From contig NC_043003.1 in assembly GCF_006345805.1 (NCBI RefSeq), positions 113,026,001 to 113,090,000 of the forward strand: 64,000 nt of DNA, written 5' to 3'. Numbering within the stretch: position 1 is the first letter of the stretch; each line of letters starts with the position of its first letter. Of this stretch, positions 1 to 12,502 are shown piece by piece. The translations under genes were made by a program, and so were the position numbers. This DNA is from Octopus sinensis (taxonomy: Eukaryota). The notes beneath the pieces are model-generated. The model did no database searches, was not told the origin of the DNA, and saw nothing but the letters and a program-made list of their open reading frames with translations.

Positions 1-10
1 TATATATATA

Positions 11-65
<55 letters not shown>

Positions 66-68
<3 letters not shown>

Positions 69-908
69 GATGCGATGAATAAGATGCCGTCTAAATTACT
101 CAAACTTGAAAATAAGACTGACATCTCATTTTAACAGATATACTTATCAAAATTATATCAAAATTTCTTGAAATACTGAAGAGTAAATCTTTTCAATCGA
201 ATCGTCATTGGCTTCAACCACGGCCTCCATGTTACTTTTGTGGATGGTCTCCTTGTATAAACTGGTGAATGCTGCCATAATCCTTACCTTCAGTTCATCT
301 TTGGTGTTTTGTTAGTCTCTCGCTTAGCTGCACTTCACTCATGATAATCAAGTCAGTTGCACTCTGTGGAGTTAGGTAGCCAGTATTTAGGAGTGATGTG
401 GTCGCAAAAATTGTCTGACAGCCATGACTGGGTTCTCCTGCTTGTGTGGCATGGTGCAGAGTCCTCTTGCCAGACATGGGGTCTTCCAACAACCGCCCTT
501 TTGACCTAGGGCAACACTACCTCCCGCAGGAACTTGATGTAGACCTCTGTGTTGAGTCTGAAGACGTGTGGGAAGATGAATGGAAACATAACGTCGCCAT
601 CACTAGTGATGTTGACTGGATGTTTGATTTTTATCACTTTCGGTACAAGTACTCAGACTGCGCTGTCCTAAGTTTGACACCTAAACACTCTGAAATGTTC
701 GTTCTGGAACTTCCGGCGTGAATGCCAAGCAGTACAGCATGTCGTTCTCAAATTTCTGGCAGAGCGAATTGTGCCATGGAACTGTTTTTCTCACAGATGG
801 TGTGCAACTGACTCTAGTATAATGTTTGGTCGACAAAATCAGAAAGAAACAATGCGCATGCGCGAAATCAAATATATAAAATGCCCATAGTTTACCCATC
901 GCACCCGG
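66..908 (-). mobile_element. Internally deleted maT (DD37D Tc1/mariner) transposon
   Basis: Minus strand gives MAQFALPEI*ERHAVLLGIHAGSS and ...RPHVWQEDSAPCHTSRRTQSWLSDNFCDHITPKYWLPNSTECN*LDY, with 37 residues between the 2nd and 3rd catalytic Asp. Imperfect TIRs CAGGATGCGATG / CATCGCACCCGG. Confidence 0.85.
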
Positions 909-916
909 TGTGTGTA

Positions 917-991
<75 letters not shown>

Positions 992-1086
992 AATGTATCC
1001 ATTCATACATATACAGTTATGCAAAACTATATGTTTGTGTATGTATATGTTATCATTATTATTGTTGTTGTTATTATCGTTATTAA

Positions 1087-1325
1087 AGCGGTGAGCTAAC
1101 GCAATCGTGAGCACACCGGGCGAAATAAATAACAGTATATCGTCCGTCGGTACATTTTGAGTTGAAGTTCCGCCGAGGTCGAGTTTTCCCTTTGTGATTG
1201 GACGTCGATAAATTCAATACCAGTAAACACTGGGGTCGATGAAATCGACTTGCCCCGCCCCTCCAAATTTCAGGCCCTTGTGCCTTTAGTAGAAAAGATT
1301 ATTATTATTATTATTATTATTATTA
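1087..1325 (+). mobile_element. SINE family B (GGCGGCGAGCTGGCAGAA head), degenerate, (ATT)n tail
   Basis: Aligns by eye to the copy at 51943 (GTTGAAGTTCCGCCGAGGTCGA; ATACCAG..CTGGGGTCGATGAAATCGAC) and ends GTGCCTTTAGTAGAAAAGATTATT. Confidence 0.75.
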
Positions 1326-2100
1326 TGAAAGACTCTCGGATAGTTCATAATTTAACGGTTCTTCTTTACTTGAAAGGAGGCAACAACAAATCACCAAAGG
1401 TTTCAATTAGTGTCTTCTCCTGTGATTCAAAGAGACAATACTCTCCTTAGAGTGTGAGCTGTACCCTGCAATCCTGTCTTCTGGATCACCTCGAGCCTGA
1501 CAACAGCCCCAATATTCTTAATATTTTTTTCAAAGCCCTTGGAAACTGCTCCTAATGCTCCAATTACCACCGGTATCACCGTTACTTTCCTCATGCCCCA
1601 TAACTTTCCTATCGCGTCCCATATTGGCTGGTATTTTCCAATCTTTTCTGTTTCCTTACATTTCACCCTCGAATCACCTGGTATTGCAACATCTATTATC
1701 TTTACTTCTTTTTCATCTGCCCAGAAAATAGCAATCCATCACAACCACATTCCTTTCTTTCGTTCACCTTCTTTCAGCAGTTGCATGATGACGACTGGGC
1801 CCCCGCTGCTTACCCGTGGGGCACACGCCAGGCAAGAAACCTTCATAAGGTGTTCCAGCCTCATTCACCTCTTTCTCATTTCTATTTTTATTTAACATTT
1901 CAGCACTCACGATGAGAGTTAAGGAATTTTAGACTGCATGACCACCAGTAATTTTTCCGTGTCACCATCACTGACAGGATCTCCACCCTAGGATATAGAA
2001 TTCCTGTAATCCTGGTTTAATTTTTGAAGTTTCTCTCTTTTCTTAGGTGTTGGCCGTTGCCTCATAAGAGGTCATAAAAAAAATTTGCCTCGCTTCCATT
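1326..2100 (-). mobile_element. R4/Dong-clade non-LTR retrotransposon remnant (restriction-like endonuclease C-terminus)
   Basis: Peptide VKIIDVAIPGDSRVKCKETEKIGKYQPIWDAIGKLWGMRKVTVIPVVIGALG...RRVLSL. The 3' end runs into (TAA)n. Confidence 0.8.
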
Positions 2101-2554
2101 TTGAATAAGGGGAAGAGGTGGTGGTGGGAGTGTGGTCGCATCGACCTCATGGCAAACGCTCTTTTCATTACAGTACTTCCGGTTCAATATTAATCTATCT
2201 CTGATAGTAATATGAAAAATGGGAGGAAGAGGAAATTTTTAACTTTCTTTGGCTCATGCAATCATCATCATCATCATCATCGTCATCATACACTGTATAT
2301 ATTTGTATCTGGCCTGGGTGTGGCACGCGCGCGCGCGCGCACACACACACACACATATAAACCCGCGCTTAGGTATATGTATTTCGTGAGATGTATATAT
2401 TACATATTTGTTAAATATATACCTTATATATATACAAAAACCATGAAACACTCACACATGCATACAACACAAACGAACGCTCACAAACACACACACACAC
2501 ACACACACATACACACACGCACACGCACACACATACACACACACACTCTCTCTC

Positions 2555-2974
2555 TTTACTCTCTTTTACTCTTTTACTTGTTTCAGTCATTTGACTGTGG
2601 CCATGCTGGAGCACCACCTTTTAGTCGACCAAATCGACCCCAGGACTTATTCTTTGTAAGCCTAGTACTTATTCTATCGGTCTCTTTTGCCGAACCGTTA
2701 AGTTACGGGGACGTAAACACACCAGCATCGGTTGTCAAGCGATGTTGAGGGGACAAACACAGATACACAAACATAAACACACACACATACATACATATAT
2801 ACACATATATACGACAGGCTTCTTTCAGTTTCCGTCTACCAAATCCACTCACAAGGCTTTGGTCGGCCCGAGGCTATAGTAGAAGAGAGTTGCCCAAGGT
2901 GCCATGCAGTGGTATTGAACCCGGAACCATGTGGTTCGTAAGGAAGCTACTTACAACACAACCACTCCTACGCC
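2555..2974 (-). mobile_element. SINE family A (bipartite: tRNA head + CORE-like ACCTTGGGCAA segment, microsatellite spacer, second module with GAGTAAAA tail)
   Basis: Reverse complement of the copies at 17138, 20087, 51453 and 59776. Confidence 0.9.
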
Positions 2975-3730
2975 TACGTTTACTATTTTTACTATTTTTA
3001 TATTTGTGTCTATAAATGTAAAGCATTTGTTGGATTATCAGTGAAAAGCTGGAGGATAACAAGAGTGAAGGAAAGAGGAAAGAAATTCCCCATGATTAAA
3101 TGGATGTGCCCCAGCATGGCCACAGCTCGTGAGCTGAAACTAGATAAAATAAAATAAAATAAAAATAAAATGATGGTTGTTATGTTTGTCGTTGGTGTTT
3201 GCTCCGTTTATGTTAAGTAAAAGATGAAACTATTTTTCTTCGTAATATTGTTAAAACGTTTAAGAAATAAAGTTGATCTCCCTAATTCAATGCGTGAACG
3301 CTTTACCAAATTAAAAGCTTTCTATATTTACTGCAAAACTGTTTTGATGGCGTGAGAATGATATTCACCTGGAAGAGAAATAGGCGGGACCAGAGGAGGA
3401 ATGATGTGAGAGATACACGCCCAAAGGAACAAATGAATGAAATTGGATGGAAAAGGGAAGTGAAAATATTAAAAAGGACAAATAAAACATGCATTCATTT
3501 TATATATGTGTGTTATGAATGACAGATGCGTATTGAATGGGTGAAAATTATGATAGGAGCGGGAGAGAGGAGGAATTTTTGAAACCGATCAAAAGTGTTT
3601 TGAAATGGCAGTCTTGAGGTAAAGTGTCCTGTAGATGTTTAGAACAAAAGAAAATTTTGAGGACAATTGATACGACGACGATGACGACAATGAAGATAAT
3701 GATACAGACATTACTATTGATATTACGAGT

Positions 3731-4037
3731 GGAGGCACATGGCCTAGTGGTTAGAGCAGCGGACTCGCGGTCGATGGATCGCGGGTTCGAATCTCAGACC
3801 GGGCGATGTGTGTGTTTATGAGCGAAATACCTAAGCTCCACGCGGCTCCGGCAGAAGGTAATGGCGAAACTTCTGCAGACTCTTTCGCCACAACTTTCTC
3901 TCACTCTTTCCTCCTGCATCTTGCAGCTCACCTGCGATGGACCGGCGTCCCGTCCAGGTGGGGAACCTATACGCCAAGGAAACCGTGAAACCGACGCTTA
4001 TGAGACAGACATGGCTCGAGAAGGAACAAGCAACAAA
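3731..4037 (+). mobile_element. SINE family C (tRNA head, V-SINE-like central domain)
   Basis: A box TGGCCTAGTGG, B box GGTTCGAATC, V-like CCTGCGATGGACCGGCGTCCCGTCCAGG. TSD ATTGATATTACGA on both sides. Confidence 0.9.
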
Positions 4038-4129
4038 TTGATATTACGACAAATAATGATAGGACTTCCACCATTAATACTACTAGCACAACAATAACAA
4101 ACGCAACTATTACACTTATTACTTAGCTG

Positions 4130-4365
4130 GTACATTTTGAGGATTGGAGACAAATTTCAAGAATTTCTTAGGATTCTGCAAGCTGTGATTTTTCTGCAGG
4201 TCGACAATGCGAGTTACAGTTCTGATCTCTTTCACTCAGCTCGATAGAATTTTGGCTTTTGTGCCAAGTGCACCAATTATTACAGGAGTTATTGTGGTAT
4301 TGGTCTTCTACAGGCTCCTCAGCTCTCTAGCTAAATCATGATCGTTCTCAATATTTTTTCCCCAA
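4130..4365 (-). mobile_element. R4/Dong 3' fragment
   Basis: Minus-strand peptide HDLARELRSL*KTNTTITPVIIGALGT. Confidence 0.6.
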
Positions 4366-4693
4366 TTAATTGTAATTAGCAATAATATAAAGAACAATAA
4401 CAATAACAACAAAAACAACAATAATAATAACTACAACCTTTTACTGTCATCTTGACATCAGACGATCATCTTATAAGCAAATTACTTTTAAAACAAATTT
4501 CTGATTTGCTTATGTTTCACAGACATTCCCTAGAACAATGCTATGTGCAAAACGAAATATATGGCACTCCAGTCAGAACACCAACTTGAACATCTAAATT
4601 GTTATTACTTGAGGTCTCTGGGTGAGACTTGTAGTCAACTTGTACAAATACAAGGCAAAAGGCAAACGTAATAATAATAATAATAATAATAAT

Positions 4694-5625
4694 TACCAAA
4701 ACATCACCATTAGAAGAGGAATATTCCAGAGTGACACACTCTCTGCACTCCTTTTGTGCTTGGCTCTGACACCTTTACCTGACAGAACTGGATATGGATA
4801 CAACTGTTAAGGGAAAAAAATCAGCCACCTCTTATATATTGATGATTTAAAACTACGCTACAAATGATAAACAGCTGGAAATGATAAACAGCTGGAAACA
4901 TTACACAGTAAATGGATTTACCAAAGAAATAAACATGAAATTTGGCTTAGAAAAATGTGTCGAAGCAACCTTGCAAGGAGGAAGACTACTTAAGAGTAAC
5001 AACATCACACTAAATAAAGCTTATAAAATAAGAGAATTAGACCAACGCCAGACATCTTAGTAATCAATGAACTAGATACGATACAACACACACAGATGAA
5101 AGAGACGATAAGAAAGAAATATTATAGACGAGTTAGATTACTACTCTGAAAACAGCTCAATGCGAAAAACAAGATAATAGGTATCAAAAATTTAACCGTC
5201 CCAGTTATAAGTTAGAGCTACAATATTCTTAACTGGACTTTAAATGAACTAATCAAAATAGACAGAAAAACAATAAAAATAATGACAGGATCATAAATAT
5301 AGCATGCCCAGGTGACAACAAGGTATGCGATAACGAAGAAAGAAAAGTTGAGAGATATGACAGGTAAGCAGTTGTGGTCGATGAAAAAGGTAGCAGTAGT
5401 ACCAATAATTGGCTGAGCCCTGGGAACAATGAGAAAAAATTTCGAGAAGCACGTGGAACAAATAGGGGCTGCAATAAGGGTGGAGCACTTGCAGAAAACA
5501 GCGTTGTTTTGAACCGCTCGAATACTCCGGAAGGTGCTCGAAAAATAAGAGGTGTTACCTTAGTTCACTGTTAGTGAACAGCTGACACTGTAGTACATCT
5601 CTAGCGTTAGAAGCTGTGCAAAGGC
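4694..5625 (+). mobile_element. R4/Dong remnant: RT fragment joined to the endonuclease C-terminus, flanked by (AAT)n
   Basis: ITIRRGIFQSDTLSALLLCLAL; ISHLLYIDDLKL; KFGLEKC; then KVAVVPIIG*ALGT...TARILRKVLEK*. (AAT)n on both sides. Confidence 0.85.
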
Positions 5626-5689
5626 AATAATAATAATAATGAGAAGAAGAAGAAGAAGAAGAAGAACCCAGGTTCGAAATTTTCCCGAG

Positions 5690-5733
5690 ACACCTGATGA
5701 AGGCTGGAGGGTAATTCAGCCGAAACGTTGTTA
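5690..5733 (+). ncRNA. Minimal type-I hammerhead ribozyme motif (Penelope-type), stem I partly decayed
   Basis: acac CTGATGA a ggctg-gagggtaatt-cagcc GAAA cgtt gtt. 5-bp stem II and palindromic ACGT stem III. Confidence 0.6.
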
Positions 5734-6127
5734 ATAACAAACACGATAAGGACAAATATCCGTCAAATGTAAATAATGTAAACAATGTACATAATTCCTC
5801 AACTCTTAAATATAGAACTGTAATATATTTTTCATCGGAATAAATATGTGTGCTTCCTTCAACATTCTTTAAGCTTCCGAGCAACGCCGGATACTTTGGC
5901 TGGTATATATATATAAGCATCTAGGCGCAATATAATACCATAAGGGAAAAAATTCAATGGCACACACACACACATATATATATATAGAGAGAGAGAATGG
6001 AGAGAGAGAGATCCATACTATAGTCTCTTACATACATATGTCTATATGCTCTCGCTTCCTTCGCAAAGAAATATTTAAAACGTCTACACTTAAAGAAAAT
6101 AAAAAGTTAACATCGCTTATTCTGTAT

Positions 6128-6365
6128 CATGAAAATTGTTCGAAAACAATTATTCGAAAATAATTATTCGAAATAAATATCATTCGCGTACTTGATTTTT
6201 AATTTTATAATTTTTGTTTAAACAAAATTAAAAGAAATTTAGAATAATTAACATTCGTGTAGTTGTCCCTTTGAATAATTTTCATTCGTATAATTTTCCA
6301 TTCGAATAAATGTTTTTCGAATAATTGTTTTCGAACAATTATTTTCGAACAATGTTCACATAATC
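6128..6365. mobile_element. Fold-back MITE-like element with modular TTCGAA subterminal repeats
   Basis: Left arm AAAATTGTTCGAAAACAATTATTCGAAAATAATTATTCGAA is the inverse of right arm TTCGAATAATTGTTTTCGAACAATTATTTTCGAACAATG. Confidence 0.55.
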
Positions 6366-6797
6366 GGTATCTTTTCGGTTTGAACGGCAGTTTTTTCTAG
6401 CGGTGTCATATGAAATTGTCACCCATAATTATGACCCTAGTATCGATCTATTGCATTTCAATCTGTTTTAGGGTTAGGGTTAGTTAGGGTTAGTGTTAGG
6501 GGTGGGGGAATGGGTATCTTTTTTTCTTCACAAATGTAAATAAACCCAATCTGTTTCTTAAACGAGGGACATATTCATACGGCACAGAATGTTTTTATCT
6601 CAATGGACGTCAGTGATTGGTTGAAATTGCAGAAATTGAAGAAAAAAACAACAAATATCTTACAAACTCTAGAATTTTCTCAATAAAGCCAAGAGAAAAA
6701 GATGTTTTATAAACACATTCTACCGGTATATGAAGTTTAAAATTTTTTGGTTACCTAGAAATTATGTTAAAAACTACCGTTCAAACCGCAAAGATCC
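6366..6797 (+). mobile_element. TTAGGG-containing TIR MITE (possibly Merlin-like), copy 1
   Basis: TIR (GG)ATCTTTTCGGTTTGAACGGCAGTTTT ... AAAACTACCGTTCAAACCGCAAAGATCC; internal TTAGGG units. Confidence 0.85.
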
Positions 6798-8186
6798 TGT
6801 CCACCTAATCGTTTACTCAAAATCAATAAAAGCATAATATTTCATTTTTAACTTCCTAAATTTTACTTCTTTATGTTGTTATACTTTAGAAATTACCATA
6901 TATGTTCTATTGTTTTCTTTCGTCGCAATTCACGTGTCTAGAGATTTTCTTATTTCTTTGTAATTAATTGTTGTTAAACAATCAAATGGCATGTTTCTTA
7001 AATTAGTTTCCTCCGCAAGACATTTGATATTTTTATCTTTTTAACATGTGTGAAAAGTATTTAATTTACCACGACATTTCGGGGCTTTCTCTTCGTATTC
7101 GTCATTTGTAGAAATCACGGGGTTCTACAAAGTCCTTTAAAGTTAAATAAACTCAAAACAGCATTTCAAACCAGTTGGGAATAAACAGAATCGATTAAGA
7201 AAATATAAAGAGAAACTCATGTTTTTATTTCAGGAACAATTTTTTAGTCTCTAACTATTTAATTGGTTTTGTCTATGTTTTTTGTTCTGTTTTTGTAGGG
7301 TTTTTTTTTTTTTCGTTTTCGTGGTTTTTTTTATAAACGATATGCTTCCTCATGGGGATAAGATTTCAAAAGAAATATTACAGAAATATTTTCAAAAGAA
7401 TTACTTCATCCTTTAACACAATAAACAAAACCATGCTTAGATGTTACACTGAGTTCTAAAAAATTGTAGTACATCTGGTTTATTTACAGTTTGTGTCATT
7501 AAAGCGCGATAACCAAATCAAAACGATTATGTGAAGTAATTTATCTCTAATTTCTACAGGTTTAAGTGAGCGAAATCAAAACATTTCCTTCTTTAGTCTA
7601 CGCATATATTTTTTTCTGTGCAGTGGGTCCTTATTTTCCAGCTCGATAAACAGAAAATGAGGCGAGAAGAATTAAGAAGTGTATCTCTTGAGATTAAATC
7701 ACTGACCTTTGGAGCTGTAATACATTTTCAAGCACAGATGTTTCAAACATTCAAGATAAGATATCAACAACAATTTGGAATTCGTTTGGAAACGGTGTTG
7801 TATATTTTTTTTTAAATATCTAAACGTTACATTGATTATAAATTTAAATTGCCATTACAGAAATAAGTCTTGCGAAGGGATTACTGTCGAATCAAAAAAT
7901 CGATATACAAACGGTTTAATAAATACATCTTGCAATAACATGGAAATTATTTTTAACAGCGAGGCAATCAGCAGCACGTGATTACGTGTGTGCCATAGAA
8001 ACACAAACTTAAACATCTCCGCTTATTTTCTCTAAATTACATTCTGTGTGAACCAGCTTTATCTACGTCAACCCAAAGTATCATTACAGCTCAGCGACTA
8101 AAATCTCAGATCGAATTGAAGCAATTCCACTCACATCGAATTAAACAATCTGCTGAATATTTTCATAAATATTAGTTAGACTTTTA

Positions 8187-8607
8187 GGATCTTTTCGGTT
8201 TGAACGGCAGTTTTTCTAGCGGTGTCATATGAAATTGTCACCCATAATTATGACCCTAGTATCGATCTATTGCATTTCAATCTGTTTTAGGCTTAGAGTT
8301 AGTTAGGGTTAGGGTTAGGGGTGGGGGAAGGGTATCTTTTTTTCTTCACAAATGTAAATAAACCCAATCTGTTTCTTAAACGAGGGACATATTCATACGG
8401 CACAATGTTTTTTACCTCCTTAGACGTCAGTGATTGGTTTAAATTGCAGAAATTGAAGGAAAAAAACACAACAAATATCTTACAAACTATAGAATTTTCT
8501 CAATAAAGCCAAGAGAAAAATATGTTTTATAAACACATTCTATCAGTATACGAAGTTAAAATTTTTTTAGTTACCTAGAAATTATGCCGTTCAAAACGAA
8601 AAGATCC
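8187..8607 (+). mobile_element. TTAGGG MITE, copy 2
   Basis: GGATC...GATCC termini; perfect 8-bp TSD GACTTTTA. Confidence 0.9.
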
Positions 8608-8929
8608 GACTTTTAATCCAAGAAATTCTACTTATAACGAAACATTATCAACAAGGTATTATAAAAGTATACGCATACACGCGCATGTACTCTACCCCCC
8701 CCCCCACACACACACATGTTTATGTATGAAAAATCAATACGAAGCGAAAATGATATGATCTGAGAGTGACACGAACCAGACACCTATGGTTTCATGTCCT
8801 GCAGCATGTCGTATCCTCGTTTACACGACCATATTCCATATGCAAATCTGTTTATTGATATGTTTGTAAGCGCTGATTGTAATTATCGAAATTAAAGAGT
8901 AAACAACCGAACCTCGCGATTAATGAGAG

Positions 8930-8964
<35 letters not shown>

Positions 8965-8973
<9 letters not shown>

Positions 8974-9425
8974 TATTTCTTTATTCACCATAAGGTTCAG
9001 AAAAAGAGGGGACAATATGGGGACAGACAAAACAAACGTTGGGGTCAGGGTATCGAATGAGACGAAACGTATGAATAAACAAACAATTAAAATATATACA
9101 ATTAAATGAGAATGAGTGATTAACAAAAAATGAAGCGGAGGACGCGGTTGACCTCACAAACCACATACTCACACTGAAGACTTTGCTTTCTCCTTTTTTA
9201 TATTCCCGATTAAACAGGTTCTTTCCCTCGCAACATACTTCCTATAGACTTCCGTCTTTTACGAAACGCACTTTGCGACAGGCATTTCTTCTCCAGCCTT
9301 ATTTTCCGTTTCATGTGGAAAACAAATAAGTCGATTAGCTCGAGACTGGAGACGAACATGCCTGTTGCAATTCCTTTCACTCTCGTCTTCCATACTACTT
9401 CTTTCGCCACAGAAACTACCGAAAG
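8965..9425 (-). mobile_element. Tx1/L1-like LINE 3' end (ORF2 C-terminus + 3'UTR)
   Basis: Peptide VSVAKEVVWKTRVKG...LIDLFVFHMKRKIRLEK is homologous to the ORF at 17492. Tail TTGTCCCCTCT...AATAAAGAAATA. Confidence 0.7.
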
Positions 9426-9513
9426 AAAACACATTCTATCAGTATACAAAGTTTAAATTTTTTTAGTTACGTAGAAATTATGTTAAAAACTGCCATTCAA
9501 ACCGAAAAGATCC
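9426..9513 (+). mobile_element. TTAGGG MITE 3' fragment
   Basis: Terminal ~90 bp ending AAACCGAAAAGATCC. Confidence 0.8.
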
Positions 9514-9699
9514 TAAGAATCGTATGATATATAAAGGTGTATAAAAAAGATAAGCCGTGATAAAAAATAATAAATTATAAAATATTATCATTCCTAGTCA
9601 GTAATAAAGAAATAATTTTTTTATAATTACAGGTTACTTGGGTTGATGATGTAATTAAAACCTAATAAAGTTGAGAGTGTAGATTAAAAGTGAATATTA

Positions 9700-11220
9700 T
9701 AAATGAGCATAAGATGGCGGGCAGGCAGAATCGCTTGCACGCCGGGCAAAATGATTACCGGCATTTATCCATTCTTACTTTCTGGGTGGCAAAGGTGCAA
9801 CGTGGCAACAAAGCCACAATTCGGTCTTTGATGGGACAGGACGGGCGTATGCCACACGAATCCAAGCAGTTGTGTATGGACTTTCAGCGGCATTTCGCTG
9901 AATTATCGGTGCGCGTGGTGTGTCGAGGATGGAAGTGGATTTCAACTTCTACCTAGACAACATACCGTGCCTTTCGGCCAAGGATAGAGAGTTCTGCGAA
10001 ATGCTGATAACACATGCGGCGTGCGTTGGCAAGTTGCACAAATCAGACATGTCCGAGGCTGGATGGTCTGCCCTTCGAACTTTATCTTCAAATGCCAAAC
10101 ATGTTCGGTGATCTCTTAGTGGATGTCTGCCACAACTGGCAGCAGAATGGGAAAATACTCAGTGGTGTGATGTAGCGTGTGAGAAAGGACCCGAACAAGG
10201 GGGACTAATTAGATAATTTTAGGCCTGGCATGGGTGGGGCTCTGATGAATTTTGATCAATCAAAAGCTTTTGACAGGGTCGACGATTATTCCGGAGAAGT
10301 CGGTGGCCCTGCTACTCGGCACCTAGCGAGATAGGTCCATGCCAACCAACAGCGTTGTAGGGCGCTGGACGGAAGGAGCCGTTAAATTGCTCGGTAACTC
10401 GTTTGATCCAGACCTCCAGCTAGAAAAGAACTGGTGGGAGGTGACAAATGGTGTGGCCAGCCTCAGTCAGAAATGGGCAAAGTGGTAGCTGTCCCTGAAG
10501 GGTCGGGTGGGTGTGGCGAATGAATACATCGCTTCCGTCATCTACTACAGCCTGACCGTCGTCCCTTGTCCTACTTCATGCCTGACCAAGCTGTAGCACT
10601 TGTCTTTTGCTTTCTGTGGAAGGGACGTGTTCCGCTTGTCAGACGGTCCATCTGCTGTCAACAGCCACTGTATGGAGAACTGGCATGCCGTGGCTAATGA
10701 TCTCCAGCGTTTTCTTAACGGTAAGCAGGTATGGCCGCCGTTTGTCAGGCAGAATTTTCCGCCGATCGTCTCAGTGCTGAATCAAGCTTACACTAAGAAA
10801 GGGTCCTTGGAATGTCGACAAGTGCTCACAGTTATCTGCCAGTCGGGCAATACGCTCGGTGGAAGTTCCATTATGGTGTTCTATAGGGTATTAATAGCGA
10901 ACAAAAGCAACAACGTCCTCGGGGAAAATCCGGGTTTCGGTAGGGATCAATTGACTGGTCTTTTCCGGAGGATCTTCGGGCCTTCCAGAAATTACTACCA
11001 GAAATAGTAATGAAGAAAACACCCCGATAGGCAACAAGGAATCAAACACCAAACTTCGTTCTTGTGAGGAAGGTCTGCAAATAATTGATGGTCAGCATAG
11101 TAAGAAGAAAGGCCGTCGGAAGAGAGGGTGTAATGCTCGGCACTAGCAATTTTCAAGTGCCAGAAACATTGCTTATAATGCGAATGCTTGAAGTGACATA
11201 AAAACATTAAGGAGAGCTTC
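9700..11220 (+). mobile_element. Tx1/L1-like ORF2 remnant (RT region and C-terminal part)
   Basis: TIRSLMGQDG..LCMDFQRHFAEL; GALMNFDQSKAFDRVDD; ECRQVL...SIMVFYRVLI...GRDQLTGLFRRIFGP matches the peptide at 17904. Confidence 0.75.
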
Positions 11221-11359
11221 CCTCAAGACATGGGAAACTCCTAATGTAAAATCGACTAGTAATATTTAAAGGGGCTCCTAGAGGAATCCAATTAAGTTGC
11301 AGACGTTGAACCACCTGATGGTTAGGTACACACCCTTTGTTTCCTCTCCAAACTGCCCT

Positions 11360-11695
11360 GTCATCATGGTGGGTTGTATAAATGTTCGTGGGCTGGGTTC
11401 TCCTTGGATGTAAATTAACCTGCTCAACGATCTCAGGTTACTAGCTATGGATGAGACAGCCGTCAGCGAGACCAAGATTTTTTATCTCCCACTTCCGAGG
11501 ATTTTGAAATCTACGCATCTTTTTGTCGGCCTGGAATGGAAAGCAGGGTAGCAGTGCTGAGTGAACTGGAACAGAATTCCGATATACAATGCATACAGTA
11601 AAGTGAGATGTAAAGTAGATCTTTTGAATATGATATTCCTTGATCTTCACAATGCAGATGAGAAATGTAACCAAAACTGTTTTCTCTTGGCCAAA
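11360..11695 (+). mobile_element. AP-endonuclease N-terminal fragment of a LINE ORF2
   Basis: IMVGCINVRGLG..INLLNDLRLLAMDETAVSETK carries the NVRGL and xETK APE motifs. Confidence 0.65.
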
Positions 11696-12084
11696 TCTTT
11701 ATATATAAAAGTGAACTTGTGTGTCTGTCTCTTACGATTTAGATTCCTAACTACTCCCACATTTTGCGGTGCAGTGTAACCAAAACCGGGTATCTTATAG
11801 TCGTGATTCATATCGAGCCCTTCTGGGTACCAGCGCGCGTCTACGATGAGTCTACGATTTTAAAAACTTTACCATGAATTTTTTCCATTTTTAATGCATT
11901 TTGGCATATAGAAGGGAAGTAACTCTCTAAAAATGTATTATGAAATTTCAGAGCGTAAAAAGCTACAGTAACATCCCCCTTTGTGGTTAGCCATATTGAG
12001 ATGGCTATTATACTTTACATCTCTAAAAATGCTTATATAGTTATTTCCCTTACAAACCCGAGCAACGCCGGGCGATACTGCTAG
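11696..12084 (+). mobile_element. Non-autonomous Helitron, copy 1
   Basis: 5' TC, 3' CTAG, inserted between A and T, no TSD, subterminal hairpin CCCGAGCAACGCCGGG. Confidence 0.85.
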
Positions 12085-12444
12085 TATATCATAAAATTAA
12101 CACCGAAAATTTATATGGAGCTCCCTGCTCCAATAGAATCCTATTTTTCCTTGCGAAATATTAGTTTCTCCTACTAATGTGTGCGTTTATGTTGGTGTGT
12201 GACTGTGTGTACATGTGTGTGTGTGTGGTGTATGTTTCTCTGTGTCTGTGTGTTAACGTATGTATGTGCGTAATGTTTAATATAAGTATGTATGCATGTA
12301 TGCAGGCACGTATACACTTTTCTGCAGAAGTATGTTTCTCTGAATCTGATTTTAAATACACTTGTCTGGAATTAGTTATACCCCAAAAGACATAAGCTAG
12401 TTACGCAAGATACGCAATTTCTTAAATGTATATATACAGGGTTC

Positions 12445-12502
<58 letters not shown>

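Noticed and set aside
3731-3805. tRNA-like sequences in SINE heads and at about 29710-29790
   Set aside because: No full cloverleaf; they continue into SINE bodies or are degenerate.
6495-6530. TTAGGG repeats as a true telomere
   Set aside because: Short, internal to a MITE and present in every copy.
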